Below, in pieces: positions 18,434-27,287 of a stretch of DNA of 64,000 nt (position 1 is its first letter; each line of letters begins with the position of its first letter). The DNA lies in assembly GCA_023460085.1 (NCBI GenBank), contig JAEWRI010000046.1, forward strand, positions 202,750-266,749, given 5' to 3'. Source of the DNA: Bacillota bacterium (lineage in GTDB: Bacteria; Bacillota; Clostridia; Christensenellales; SZUA-584). The notes below the pieces were generated by a model that saw nothing but the letters and a program-made list of their open reading frames with translations, made no database searches and was not told the DNA's origin. The position numbers and the translations under genes are program-made.

Positions 18434-20311
18434 TTATGACGCCGTTTTGCGCGCGTCCGCCATCAGGCTCTCCATCGCGCCCTCCACAGCCTCGCGCATC
18501 TCTTCCACGCGGACACGCTCCGATCCGGACTGTGCGGGGTACTCCGGCGCCCCCACCGTGAGCGTCACCAGCGGCTTCTTGCGCAGCCTGCGCGTCAGCC
18601 ATCCTGCTTCGCGAAACGTGAACACCATCGGTACCACGGGGACATTTGAGCGCACCGCGAGGTGAAACGCGCCGTTCTTGAATGGGCGCAGCGTATCGTT
18701 CCACGGCCAGAGCGACGCCTCCGGGTAGAAGTGTACAATACGGCCCTTTCGCAGCTGCTCGCGCATGGCGTTCATGAACGCGCCCAGCGCCTTGGGAGAC
18801 TCCGGAATGGGTACGCCGCCCAGTATGCGCACCAGACGCCGCACCACCGGAATCTCAAAATTCGACTGCAGCGCGGCAAACAGCGGTCTGCGCGGGAACA
18901 GCGTGCACGCCACCATCGGAGAGTCCAGTATGTGCACGTGGTTGGTAACCGTCACCGCGCCGCCCCGAATGTAACGCAGGTTCCGTTTACCCACGATTTT
19001 CAGGCCGAACACGAGGCGCGACGCCACGCTGAGCACCGGAACGGCGATCAGGTAGAACAGCAGGTTAGATCCAAGGCGGAAGAACACGTTGCGGTTTACG
19101 AAACGGTAGTGCGCGTCCACGGGACACGCGAAAGGCGTCGGCATGTGGACGACGTGCCGGTTGAGGTTGCGCTCATCCTCCGGCACCGGACGCTGCTCCG
19201 CTATCACGCGGCGATAAACTGCTTCGATTTTGTCGATAGAACGGCTTATCGCATAACCCTCGGCGCGTTTGCTGTATTCCCCGCCCATTCGGGCGCGCTC
19301 TTCGGGATGCTCTATCCAGTAGTCAATCTTATTCGCGAGATCCTTGGCGCTCTTGTTTTTAAACAGGCTGCGTCCATCCATGGCGAACTGCCGTGCCGCG
19401 CTCATCTTCGCGTCCGCGATCACCGGTACGACGCCGCACGCGATGGCCTCAATGCACACGATGGCCTCAATTTCCGCCTCCGCGGCGTGCACATAGAGAT
19501 CCGCCTGATTGTACAGCCGTATGATCTCCTCCTGTCCTACGTAGCGGAACACCGGCACATTTTTCAGCCTGCGGCCCAGACGTTCGTACTGTTTTTGCTT
19601 GGGCCCTTTTCCAAGGAATATCAGCTGAATGTCGTCGGCATGCCTGGAGAGCCGTGCCGCCTTCAGTATGAGGTCCTGCCGCTTTTCGGCGGAGAGCCTG
19701 CCTACCATCATGATCACGAACTTGCCCTGCCATTCAGGCGGCTTCTGAACCTCCGTCGGCTTAAAGGCTTCATCCACGCCGTTGGAGATGACATGCAACC
19801 GCGCCTTATAGCCGTGCGCCTTCAGCTGATCCGCGATGAACTGCGACGGGCAGTGGATATCGCGGATGTAGCAGTAGAATCGCTGCCGGAACCACAGGTA
19901 CAGCAGGTGCGGCAGCAGCGTAAAGTGCTTCATACCGATGTTGTACGACACGTTTTCGGGCTGGCAATGGAACGCCGCCATGTGCGGACCCCCCATCTCC
20001 CGGCAGACTTCCCGCGCGCGCATACACAGCTTGTAGGGCAGAAACAGGTGTGCGACGTCGGCATCCTTCAGCGCCTCCCGAAGCACCGCCTTGTCGGGAT
20101 GCGCAAACATCATGCCCTGGCTGCTCACCAGCTTCTGAAAGGGTCCGAAGTTTGCTGAAGGTACAACAAACTTGTCCGGCGCAGGCGAACCGGTTGCGAC
20201 GACGCGCACCTCGTGACCCCTTTCGCGAAGATGCGCAATAAAACGGGCTGCGGAGACGGTCGTGCCGTTGTTGCGCTCGTCGTGCTGGTCCATGACGTAT
20301 ACAATTTTCAT
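18434..20311 (-). CDS. Fusion protein: GT4-type glycosyltransferase plus lysophospholipid acyltransferase (PlsC-like)
   Basis: N-terminal ~390 aa have a GT-B/GT4 pattern (MKIVYVMD.., GRLSAEKR, E-x7-E-like EAEIEAIVCIE). The C-terminal ~230 aa carry the acyltransferase H-x4-D block (NHVHILD) and a FYPEAS block. Confidence 0.75.
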   Translation of the reverse strand: MKIVYVMDQHDERNNGTTVSAARFIAHLRERGHEVRVVATGSPAPDKFVVPSANFGPFQKLVSSQGMMFAHPDKAVLREALKDADVAHLFLPYKLCMRAREVCREMGGPHMAAFHCQPENVSYNIGMKHFTLLPHLLYLWFRQRFYCYIRDIHCPSQFIADQLKAHGYKARLHVISNGVDEAFKPTEVQKPPEWQGKFVIMMVGRLSAEKRQDLILKAARLSRHADDIQLIFLGKGPKQKQYERLGRRLKNVPVFRYVGQEEIIRLYNQADLYVHAAEAEIEAIVCIEAIACGVVPVIADAKMSAARQFAMDGRSLFKNKSAKDLANKIDYWIEHPEERARMGGEYSKRAEGYAISRSIDKIEAVYRRVIAEQRPVPEDERNLNRHVVHMPTPFACPVDAHYRFVNRNVFFRLGSNLLFYLIAVPVLSVASRLVFGLKIVGKRNLRYIRGGAVTVTNHVHILDSPMVACTLFPRRPLFAALQSNFEIPVVRRLVRILGGVPIPESPKALGAFMNAMREQLRKGRIVHFYPEASLWPWNDTLRPFKNGAFHLAVRSNVPVVPMVFTFREAGWLTRRLRKKPLVTLTVGAPEYPAQSGSERVRVEEMREAVEGAMESLMADARKTAS

Positions 20312-20565
20312 TTTTCCGGATTAATAAAGGACGCTGTAAAATAAATGAATGATGGCGGTTCCCTTTATTAATGCAAACCTCCTTTCGATATTGATGACGG
20401 AATAAATGATTTCTGACGATGCCTTCATATTACACCCATGCGGACGATTGTGCAAACGCTTAAAGCACACAGGCATCCCGACCGGAGTCACGCCCGGGTA
20501 TTGTGTTTGTCCGCCGCCCATATTATAATCAGAAGCGCCGCAAAGGCGGACAAAGGAGAATACGA

Positions 20566-21309
20566 ATGCTGGAACTCAGGGGCATCACATTGCGTCTGGA
20601 CGACGGCCGTACCATACTGGACGGCGTCGACATGGCGCTGGAGGATAAAAAGATTATCGCGATCACCGGGCCGAACGGCAGCGGCAAGTCTTCGCTGGCA
20701 CGCATCATCATGGGCCTTCAGCAGCCCACCGCGGGACGCATGCTGCTGGACGGGCAGGACATTACCGATATGGACATCACGGAGCGCGCGCGCCTTGGCA
20801 TCGGCTACGCCTTCCAGAACCCGCCGCGCTTCAAGGGCATCAAGGTGGGCGAGCTGCTGAAGCTGGCAGCCGGCGGCAGTAAGGACAAGGGCGGCATCTG
20901 CGACATGCTCTACAGCGTAGGACTGTGCGCGCAGGACTACCTGAACCGCGACGCCGACGCCACGCTCTCCGGCGGCGAGGTAAAACGCATCGAGATCGCC
21001 ACCGTGCTTTCGCGCAACCTGAAGCTCGCGGTTTTTGACGAGCCCGAGGCGGGTATCGATTTGTGGAGCTTTCAAAAGCTCGCCGACACCTTCCGGGAGA
21101 TGCATGGCACCACCGATACCACCATCGTCATCATATCGCATCAGGAGCGCATATTGGAGCTGGCCGACGCAATATTATTGATGAAGGACGGCCTGCTGAC
21201 GCGTGTGCCGCGCGAAATCATACTTTCAGGCGAAGAGTATGACGCGCGCTGCAATTGCCGCCTCGGCTGCGGAAAGAGAGGACAGGATCATGCTGAGTGC
21301 ATTGGATAA
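20566..21309 (+). CDS. SufC-like ABC ATPase (Fe-S cluster assembly)
   Basis: Start set to MLELRG (ATG 20566, AAAGGAGAA RBS). Walker A GPNGSGKS, signature LSGGEVKR, Walker B AVFDEPEAG. Confidence 0.8.
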   Translation: MLELRGITLRLDDGRTILDGVDMALEDKKIIAITGPNGSGKSSLARIIMGLQQPTAGRMLLDGQDITDMDITERARLGIGYAFQNPPRFKGIKVGELLKLAAGGSKDKGGICDMLYSVGLCAQDYLNRDADATLSGGEVKRIEIATVLSRNLKLAVFDEPEAGIDLWSFQKLADTFREMHGTTDTTIVIISHQERILELADAILLMKDGLLTRVPREIILSGEEYDARCNCRLGCGKRGQDHAECIG

Positions 21310-22210
21310 GCTGCTGCTGGAAAAGGTGGCCGGGCTGCACGAAGTACCCAAGGGCGCGTACAACATCCGCCGTAACGGCGAGGGCGCGGGACGCAACACC
21401 ACGGCCAATATCGACATCGTCACCAAGCAGGACAAACCGGGCATCGATATCCTCGTAAAACCCGGCACAAAGGGCGAAAGCGTCCATATCCCGGTCATAC
21501 TCTCTGCCGAGGGCATGAAGGACGTGGTATATAACACATTCGAAATCGGCGAAGGCGCGGACGTGCTCATCGTCGCGGGCTGCGGCATACACAACGCCAG
21601 CGACAAAACCGAACAGCACGACGGTGTCCACGAATTTTTCATCCGCAAGGGCGCGCGCGTGCGCTACGTGGAAAAGCACTACGGTCAGGGCGAGGGTACC
21701 GGCAAGCGGGTACTGAATCCCGTTACGCTGATACACGCGGAGGAAGGTGCCACGGTAGAGCTGGAGCTGGTACAGATCATGGGCGTGGACGACACAAAAC
21801 GCGATACGAAAATCGAACTGGCTGACCGGGCAAAGCTGATTGTGACGGAGCGTCTGCTCACTGATTTCAGCCAGACCGCAGGTTCGCTCATCGATATTCG
21901 CATGGACGGCGAGGGCTCCTCCGCGCAGGTGATCTCGCGCTCGGTGGCGCGCGGACACTCGCGGCAGGAATTCCTGTTCAACCTCGATGGGTACAGCCGC
22001 TGCCGCGGCCACATACAATGCGATGCCATCATCATGGACAGCGCCGTGGTGATCTCCACACCGAAGATCTCCGCATTCAGCGAGCACGCACAGCTGGTGC
22101 ACGAAGCAGCCATCGGCAGACTGGAATCGCAGCAGCTGCTGAAGCTGATGTCCCTCGGGCTTTCCGAAAAGGATGCGGAGGACACGATACTGAAGGGATT
22201 CCTCAAATAA
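21290..22210 (+). CDS. SufB/SufD-family Fe-S assembly protein
   Basis: Start set to MLSALDK (ATG 21290), overlapping the sufC-like 3' end. Beta-helix-type SufBD core and C-terminal region (RLESQQLLKLMSLGLSEKDAE). Confidence 0.7.
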   Translation: MLSALDKLLLEKVAGLHEVPKGAYNIRRNGEGAGRNTTANIDIVTKQDKPGIDILVKPGTKGESVHIPVILSAEGMKDVVYNTFEIGEGADVLIVAGCGIHNASDKTEQHDGVHEFFIRKGARVRYVEKHYGQGEGTGKRVLNPVTLIHAEEGATVELELVQIMGVDDTKRDTKIELADRAKLIVTERLLTDFSQTAGSLIDIRMDGEGSSAQVISRSVARGHSRQEFLFNLDGYSRCRGHIQCDAIIMDSAVVISTPKISAFSEHAQLVHEAAIGRLESQQLLKLMSLGLSEKDAEDTILKGFLK

Positions 22211-22229
22211 CGATACGGCTCAGCCCAAG

Positions 22230-22251
22230 GCCCGCTCCGGCGGGCTTTTTT
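22230..22251 (+). terminator. Rho-independent terminator after the sufCBD-like pair
   Basis: GCCCGC-tccg-GCGGGC stem followed by TTTTTT. Confidence 0.6.
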
Positions 22252-22319
22252 GATGCAGGTCTACAATCCTCCAAATACAAGTACAATGTAGCGTACCATC
22301 ACACACCCGCGGAGCGTTT

Positions 22320-22724
22320 ATGAACAAGAAGCCTGTATACCCGCCCGGATATCGCACGCGCATGGTTTATCCGGATGATAAAAAGAATATCACAGACGAT
22401 AAGACGAAACCGGGGGCAAACCATGAAAACTCGGATACTGCGGTCGCCTGCGAAAAAGATAATGAAGACACCGATGATGAGGACACCGGCCTTGCGGAAA
22501 CCGATGAAAACGAGGAGGACAGCGATGTCGACGAGGAGGATGAGGAATCAAGCTGCAAAATGTGGTTGGAGGTGCTGCCTTCCAAGGGCGGCTTGCTGCT
22601 GGCGGTGCTGATTACGGAGATCATGACCGAAGGAATGACGCCCTCCCAGATGAACATATTGGGCAATTTCGTATCCGCAATCGGATCGCTGATCGCGTAC
22701 AAAGCGTCGAGGGATGAACTCTGA
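22320..22724 (+). CDS. Hypothetical acidic protein with C-terminal hydrophobic segment
   Basis: 134-aa ORF with an Asp/Glu-rich stretch (DTDDEDTGLAETDENEEDSDVDEEDEES), then a TM-like region (LLLAVLITEIM...). Confidence 0.4.
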   Translation: MNKKPVYPPGYRTRMVYPDDKKNITDDKTKPGANHENSDTAVACEKDNEDTDDEDTGLAETDENEEDSDVDEEDEESSCKMWLEVLPSKGGLLLAVLITEIMTEGMTPSQMNILGNFVSAIGSLIAYKASRDEL

Positions 22725-22727
22725 CGC

Positions 22728-23369
22728 TCAGTCTCTCACAAGATATTTCAATACAATTTTGCCGCGCTTCAGCGTGAGTATCCCCTTCTCCGCCATCTTC
22801 TGAAGCTGGCGCGTAATCACCTCGCGCGAGGAGCCCAGTTCCACCGCGAGCTGCTCGTGCGTGATTCTCACCTCACCTGCCGCATTGGCAACGCGCTGCA
22901 GATATTCTATCAGCCGCTCCTCAATGCTCATGAATATGAGCATCTCGATGGTATCGATGGACAGTATCAGCCGCGAAGCCAGCGCGTTGAACACATGGGT
23001 GCGAAAGGCATCACTGCGATACAGGAGCTCTCTGAAAATGTCCGGCGGAATGATGGCCAGGCTGCTGTCCTTCTCCGCCTCGATGGTAAAGTTATACTCC
23101 ATATCCCCCAGCGCACACACCGCCGCGAGTATGCACAGCTCGCCCTCGCCGATTCGATAAAGCGTCAGCTCGCGGCCCTTGTCGGAGGTGCGGAAGAGCC
23201 GAAGACGTCCCCGCATCACCATGGGAATGCCCGTACAGCGGCTGTTGTCCCCCATCATGATTTGGCTTCTGGCAATCTCCCGGGGAGATACGCTGCTGCG
23301 CAGCAGCGCCCTTTCCGCTTCGTCCATGGCCATATAGAACGGGAACTTTGCGTAATCGCTTTCCTTCAT
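22728..23369 (-). CDS. Crp/Fnr-family transcriptional regulator
   Basis: cNMP-binding-like beta-barrel N-terminus and C-terminal HTH (THEQLAVELGSSREVITRQLQKM). Confidence 0.8.
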   Translation of the reverse strand: MKESDYAKFPFYMAMDEAERALLRSSVSPREIARSQIMMGDNSRCTGIPMVMRGRLRLFRTSDKGRELTLYRIGEGELCILAAVCALGDMEYNFTIEAEKDSSLAIIPPDIFRELLYRSDAFRTHVFNALASRLILSIDTIEMLIFMSIEERLIEYLQRVANAAGEVRITHEQLAVELGSSREVITRQLQKMAEKGILTLKRGKIVLKYLVRD

Positions 23370-23505
23370 GTCCGTTGCCCCCCCAGTCTGCGTCTTCTTT
23401 TATTATAGCGGCGCGTCACGGCGCTTGTAAAGCAAAGTGAGCAGAAGGGGGTTGAAAATTCTGTCGCTTATTGTATCATAAGGGAAAAGCCTCGCGGAGA
23501 ATATT

Positions 23506-23793
23506 ATGAAAAAACTGCTGTCTTTGGTACTCGTGCTGTGCCTGATGCTGACGGCTTGCGCACCCGAAACCGTACGCGAAGGCGGCGTGGTGCTGCATGG
23601 CAATCCGCGTGAAACCGCGGACTACTTATCTTACTATCAGGATGAAACCATCGTTTACGTTACGAAAAGCGGTGAAAAGTACCACACGGCCGACTGCTCG
23701 TACCTCACCGATTCCGCAATACCGGTGTCGCTGGAACAGGCGATTGCGGAAGGAAAAACGCCTTGCAGCCGCTGTCACCCCGGCGGTGAGTAG
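23506..23793 (+). CDS. Small lipoprotein with C-terminal Cys pair
   Basis: Signal peptide with lipobox LTAC. C-terminal YHTADCSYL...PCSRCHP motif. Confidence 0.5.
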   Translation: MKKLLSLVLVLCLMLTACAPETVREGGVVLHGNPRETADYLSYYQDETIVYVTKSGEKYHTADCSYLTDSAIPVSLEQAIAEGKTPCSRCHPGGE

Positions 23794-23802
23794 CCTTTGA
23801 AA

Positions 23803-23828
23803 GCCTTTACAGCCTGCAAAGGCTTTTT
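23803..23828 (+). terminator. Rho-independent terminator
   Basis: GCCTTT-acagcctgc-AAAGGC stem followed by TTTTT. Confidence 0.55.
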
Positions 23829-23995
23829 ATCGCATAAAACAACTGAACAGCTTGGCAGGCAGCAAAAATGCTTTCCCAAGCTTTTATTTTTGCCTGAAAT
23901 GTTCACAGATTGATTAAAAATTACACAGGTTGCTGTAATCCGCCTCGTTTATCATATCTGCGTATAAAACGAATGTTCATAAGGAGAACAACGAT

Positions 23996-24673
23996 ATGAT
24001 ACGAAAAGCATGGGCGGCGACAGCAAGCCTGGCGCTGATCTTGATGATGGCAGCGGGTTGCCAGTCCAGCGCAGGCAGCACCATCAGTGCCTCCGCCGCG
24101 GGAGAAACAACGATATACGGACAGGTCACAGCAATTGACGGCAGCAGCATTACGCTCGCTCTGGCCACAGTGTCACAGAATGCTCCTTCCGGCGAAATGC
24201 CGTCGGGTGAAATGCCGTCGGGAGATATGCCCGCAATGCCATCGGACGGCTCAATCCCTTCCGAAGGTGCACAGCCTTCGGGTAGCCAGGATACTGACGC
24301 AGTCAGCAGTGCAACGCAGAATACGGAAGGCGAACAGCCCTCTGGCGAGGTCCCTTCAATGCCTTCAGGCGGACAGGGCGGTCAGCGCGGCGGCGTGGAA
24401 CTGACTGGAGAAGAACAGACGATCACCATAAGCGACAATACGGCAATCACGATACAAAGCAGGGATGGCAGCACGGAAGGCGCGCTTTCTGATATCGAAG
24501 TGGGAGATATCCTCTCCGTCACAATGTCTGGTAACAGCGTCACCGCAATCACCATCATGCAGCTGGGCGGCGGTATGGCAGGCGGACAGCCAGGCGGCGG
24601 CATGGGGGGACCAGACAGCTCAGGTGCGGCTCCTTCCGGTATGGCCTCCCCGGAAACCAGCAGCGAAGTCTGA
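23996..24673 (+). CDS. Secreted low-complexity lipoprotein
   Basis: AAGGAGA RBS, lipobox MAAGC and a PSGEMPSGEMPSGDMP micro-repeat. Gly/Ser/Pro-rich. Confidence 0.55.
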   Translation: MIRKAWAATASLALILMMAAGCQSSAGSTISASAAGETTIYGQVTAIDGSSITLALATVSQNAPSGEMPSGEMPSGDMPAMPSDGSIPSEGAQPSGSQDTDAVSSATQNTEGEQPSGEVPSMPSGGQGGQRGGVELTGEEQTITISDNTAITIQSRDGSTEGALSDIEVGDILSVTMSGNSVTAITIMQLGGGMAGGQPGGGMGGPDSSGAAPSGMASPETSSEV

Positions 24674-24743
24674 CGCATTGAACACAATAGGGTGGCCAGC
24701 GCATGCTATGCCTGCGCCATAGCCATCCTTCAATACCTCCTTA

Positions 24744-24779
24744 ACAACAAAAACCGGCACCAAGCCGGCTTTTGTTGTA
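24744..24779. terminator. Bidirectional terminator between convergent genes
   Basis: ACAACAAAAACCGGC-accaa-GCCGGCTTTTGTTGT: an A-tract, GC stem and T-tract that read the same on both strands. Confidence 0.6.
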
Positions 24780-24786
24780 TATACGA

Positions 24787-25374
24787 TTATATGCTTTGAT
24801 TGAAGCGGTGTATCCGCCATTCTCCGCCAGTGTATTCCACCATGGTAATGCCTCCCATGGTGGTAATAAACTTATACCGCATCCATACCGGCAGGCCAAG
24901 GATATTGCACAGCAGAACACGGATAAACCCGTCGTGGCTGACAACAAGCACATCCTCCGCTTCCTGCCGCATGTCGTCTAAAAAGAGGTTCTGCCTCGCG
25001 ATGACATCCGCGCCGCTTTCACCGCCCGGAAAACGAAGGTCGTGCGTATGCGCGACGAACTCCCGCCAAAAATCCGGATAGGCTGTCCTGGCCTCCTCCT
25101 CGCTCAAGCGATGGAACTCGCCGCCGTTGATCTCGTTTACGCGCTTGTCTACGGTAACGGGCAGGCGCTTCATGCGCGCCGCGGGCGCGGCGGTCTGCTG
25201 CGTTCGCACGTATTCACTGGCGAAAATCTTCGCGATGGGAATATCGCGGAAGTGCGCCGCGATGCGCTCCGCATCCTCAAGCCCCTTCTCGTTCAAGGGG
25301 TCGTCGGCGATCCGCAGCGTCTCATTGTAGTAATCCCCGATTGCTTTATGTCCATGCCGCGCAAAGTAAATCAT
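24787..25374 (-). CDS. Histidine phosphatase family protein (phosphoglycerate mutase-like)
   Basis: N-terminal RHG motif (MIYFARHGH) and a distal SHDG His motif. Confidence 0.8.
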   Translation of the reverse strand: MIYFARHGHKAIGDYYNETLRIADDPLNEKGLEDAERIAAHFRDIPIAKIFASEYVRTQQTAAPAARMKRLPVTVDKRVNEINGGEFHRLSEEEARTAYPDFWREFVAHTHDLRFPGGESGADVIARQNLFLDDMRQEAEDVLVVSHDGFIRVLLCNILGLPVWMRYKFITTMGGITMVEYTGGEWRIHRFNQSI

Positions 25375-25384
25375 ACGATTTTCC

Positions 25385-27196
25385 TCAGCCCCGGTTGGCT
25401 GCCCTCGCCCGATCGCCTTTGCCGAGTATGGCCTTGCGCAGCCGGATGCTGACAGGCGTCACCTCCACCAGTTCGTCGTCCGCGATGAACTCCAGAGACT
25501 GCTCCAGGCTGAGTATCGTCGCAGGTGTCAGACGCAGCGCCTCATCGCTGCCCGACGCGCGCATGTTGGTGAGCTGCTTCTTGCGGCACACATTGACGAC
25601 AATGTCGTCCTGCCGCGCGTTCTCGCCTACGATCATCCCCTCGTACACCGCCATGCCCGGCCCGACAAACAGCCGACCGCGCTCCTGCGCACCGTAAAGG
25701 CCGTAGGCCGTGGTCTCTCCCGTCTCATGCACCACCAGGGAACCGCGGGAACGCTCCGGAATCTCGCCCGCCCAGGGCTCGTAGCCGCTGAAGATATGGT
25801 TCATTACGCCGTTGCCGCGTGTATCGGTCATAAATTCGTTGCGGTAGCCGATAAGACCGCGCGCCGGAATCTTAAACTCCAGCCGCGTGCTACCCGCCTC
25901 GCTGCCCATGTTCACCATCACCGCTTTGCGCACGGCGATTTTATCCATCACCACGCCCGCATACTCTGCGGGAACGTCGATCATCAGCAGCTCGTAAGGC
26001 TCCATCGTTACGCCGTTTTCTTCCTTCGTGATGACCCTCGGGCGCGACACGGAGAACTCATAGCCTTCGCGCCTCATGGTTTCAATGAGTATGGAAAGAT
26101 GCAGCTCGCCGCGGCCCGATACCTTGAACGTGTCGGTGCTATCCGTCTCCTCCACCCGCAGGCTGACGTTGGTCTCCAGCTCCTTCATCAGCCGGTCGCG
26201 CAGGTTGCGCGAGGTGACATACTTGCCCTCGCGCCCGGCGAACAGGCTATTGTTGACGATAAAGTTCATGGACACGGTAGGCTCGTCGATCTTGACGAAC
26301 GGCATGGGCTCCACGTGCTCCGGATCGCACACCGTCTCTCCGATGCCCACGTCCGGCAGCCCCGCGATGGCAATGATGTCGCCGAAGTTACCCATCTCCG
26401 TCTCGATGCGTTTTAACCCCTTGAACGTAAACAGCTTGGTAATCTTCACGTTTTCAGACTTGCCTGCTTCGCTGCACAGCACAGCGGGCATGCCGCGCTT
26501 CACGCTGCCGCGCTCCACACGGCCGATGGCAATGCGCCCCAGATATTCGTCGTAGTCCACGTTCGATACGAGAAACTGCAGCGGGCCTTCCATGTCACCT
26601 TCCGGCGCCGGAATGTATTCCAGTATCGCGTCGAACAGTGCAAACACGTCGCTTTCCTGTCCGTCGGGCCGCATAGACGCCGTGCCTTCCTTGGCAGAAG
26701 CGTATACCACGGGAAACTCCAGCTGGTCCTCATCCGCGCCCAGCTCTATGAACAGGTCGATGATGCCGTCCAGCACGGCTTCGGGCCGCGCGCCCGGCCT
26801 GTCCACCTTGTTGATCACCGCCATGACGTGCTTTTTGAGCCCCAGCGCCTTGCGCAGCACAAAGCGCGTCTGCGGCATGCAGCCCTCAAACGCGTCCACG
26901 AGCAGCAACACGCCGTCCACCATGGTCAGCACGCGCTCCACCTCGCCGCCGAAATCCGCGTGACCCGGCGTATCGACGATGTTTATTTTTACTCCCTTGT
27001 ATTCCACTGCCGTATTCTTCGCCAGTATCGTGATGCCGCGCTCCTGTTCCAGATCCTCGCTGTCCATCACGCGCTCGCGTACCGCCTCATTGGCGCGGAA
27101 TATGCCTGTCTGACGCAGCATCTGATCGACCAGCGTGGTTTTGCCGTGGTCCACGTGCGCCACGATGGCGATGTTGCGTATGTTTTGCTGTTGCAT
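25385..27196 (-). CDS. typA: Translational GTPase TypA/BipA
   Basis: 603 aa with NIAIVAHVDHGKTTLVD, DTPGHADF and NKVD G-motifs. Full-length BipA architecture. Confidence 0.95.
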   Translation of the reverse strand: MQQQNIRNIAIVAHVDHGKTTLVDQMLRQTGIFRANEAVRERVMDSEDLEQERGITILAKNTAVEYKGVKINIVDTPGHADFGGEVERVLTMVDGVLLLVDAFEGCMPQTRFVLRKALGLKKHVMAVINKVDRPGARPEAVLDGIIDLFIELGADEDQLEFPVVYASAKEGTASMRPDGQESDVFALFDAILEYIPAPEGDMEGPLQFLVSNVDYDEYLGRIAIGRVERGSVKRGMPAVLCSEAGKSENVKITKLFTFKGLKRIETEMGNFGDIIAIAGLPDVGIGETVCDPEHVEPMPFVKIDEPTVSMNFIVNNSLFAGREGKYVTSRNLRDRLMKELETNVSLRVEETDSTDTFKVSGRGELHLSILIETMRREGYEFSVSRPRVITKEENGVTMEPYELLMIDVPAEYAGVVMDKIAVRKAVMVNMGSEAGSTRLEFKIPARGLIGYRNEFMTDTRGNGVMNHIFSGYEPWAGEIPERSRGSLVVHETGETTAYGLYGAQERGRLFVGPGMAVYEGMIVGENARQDDIVVNVCRKKQLTNMRASGSDEALRLTPATILSLEQSLEFIADDELVEVTPVSIRLRKAILGKGDRARAANRG

Positions 27197-27287
27197 AAAA
27201 ATCCCCGGTCTCCTTCCAAAATAGCCGAAGATGATTATATGCTTTTGGCGAAGTGATTACAAGCATTTTTCTGTAAACCCTGATGGA

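Noticed and set aside
18662-20158. 498-aa plus-strand ORF
   Set aside because: Antisense to the GT4-PlsC gene. It has no motifs and shadow-ORF composition.
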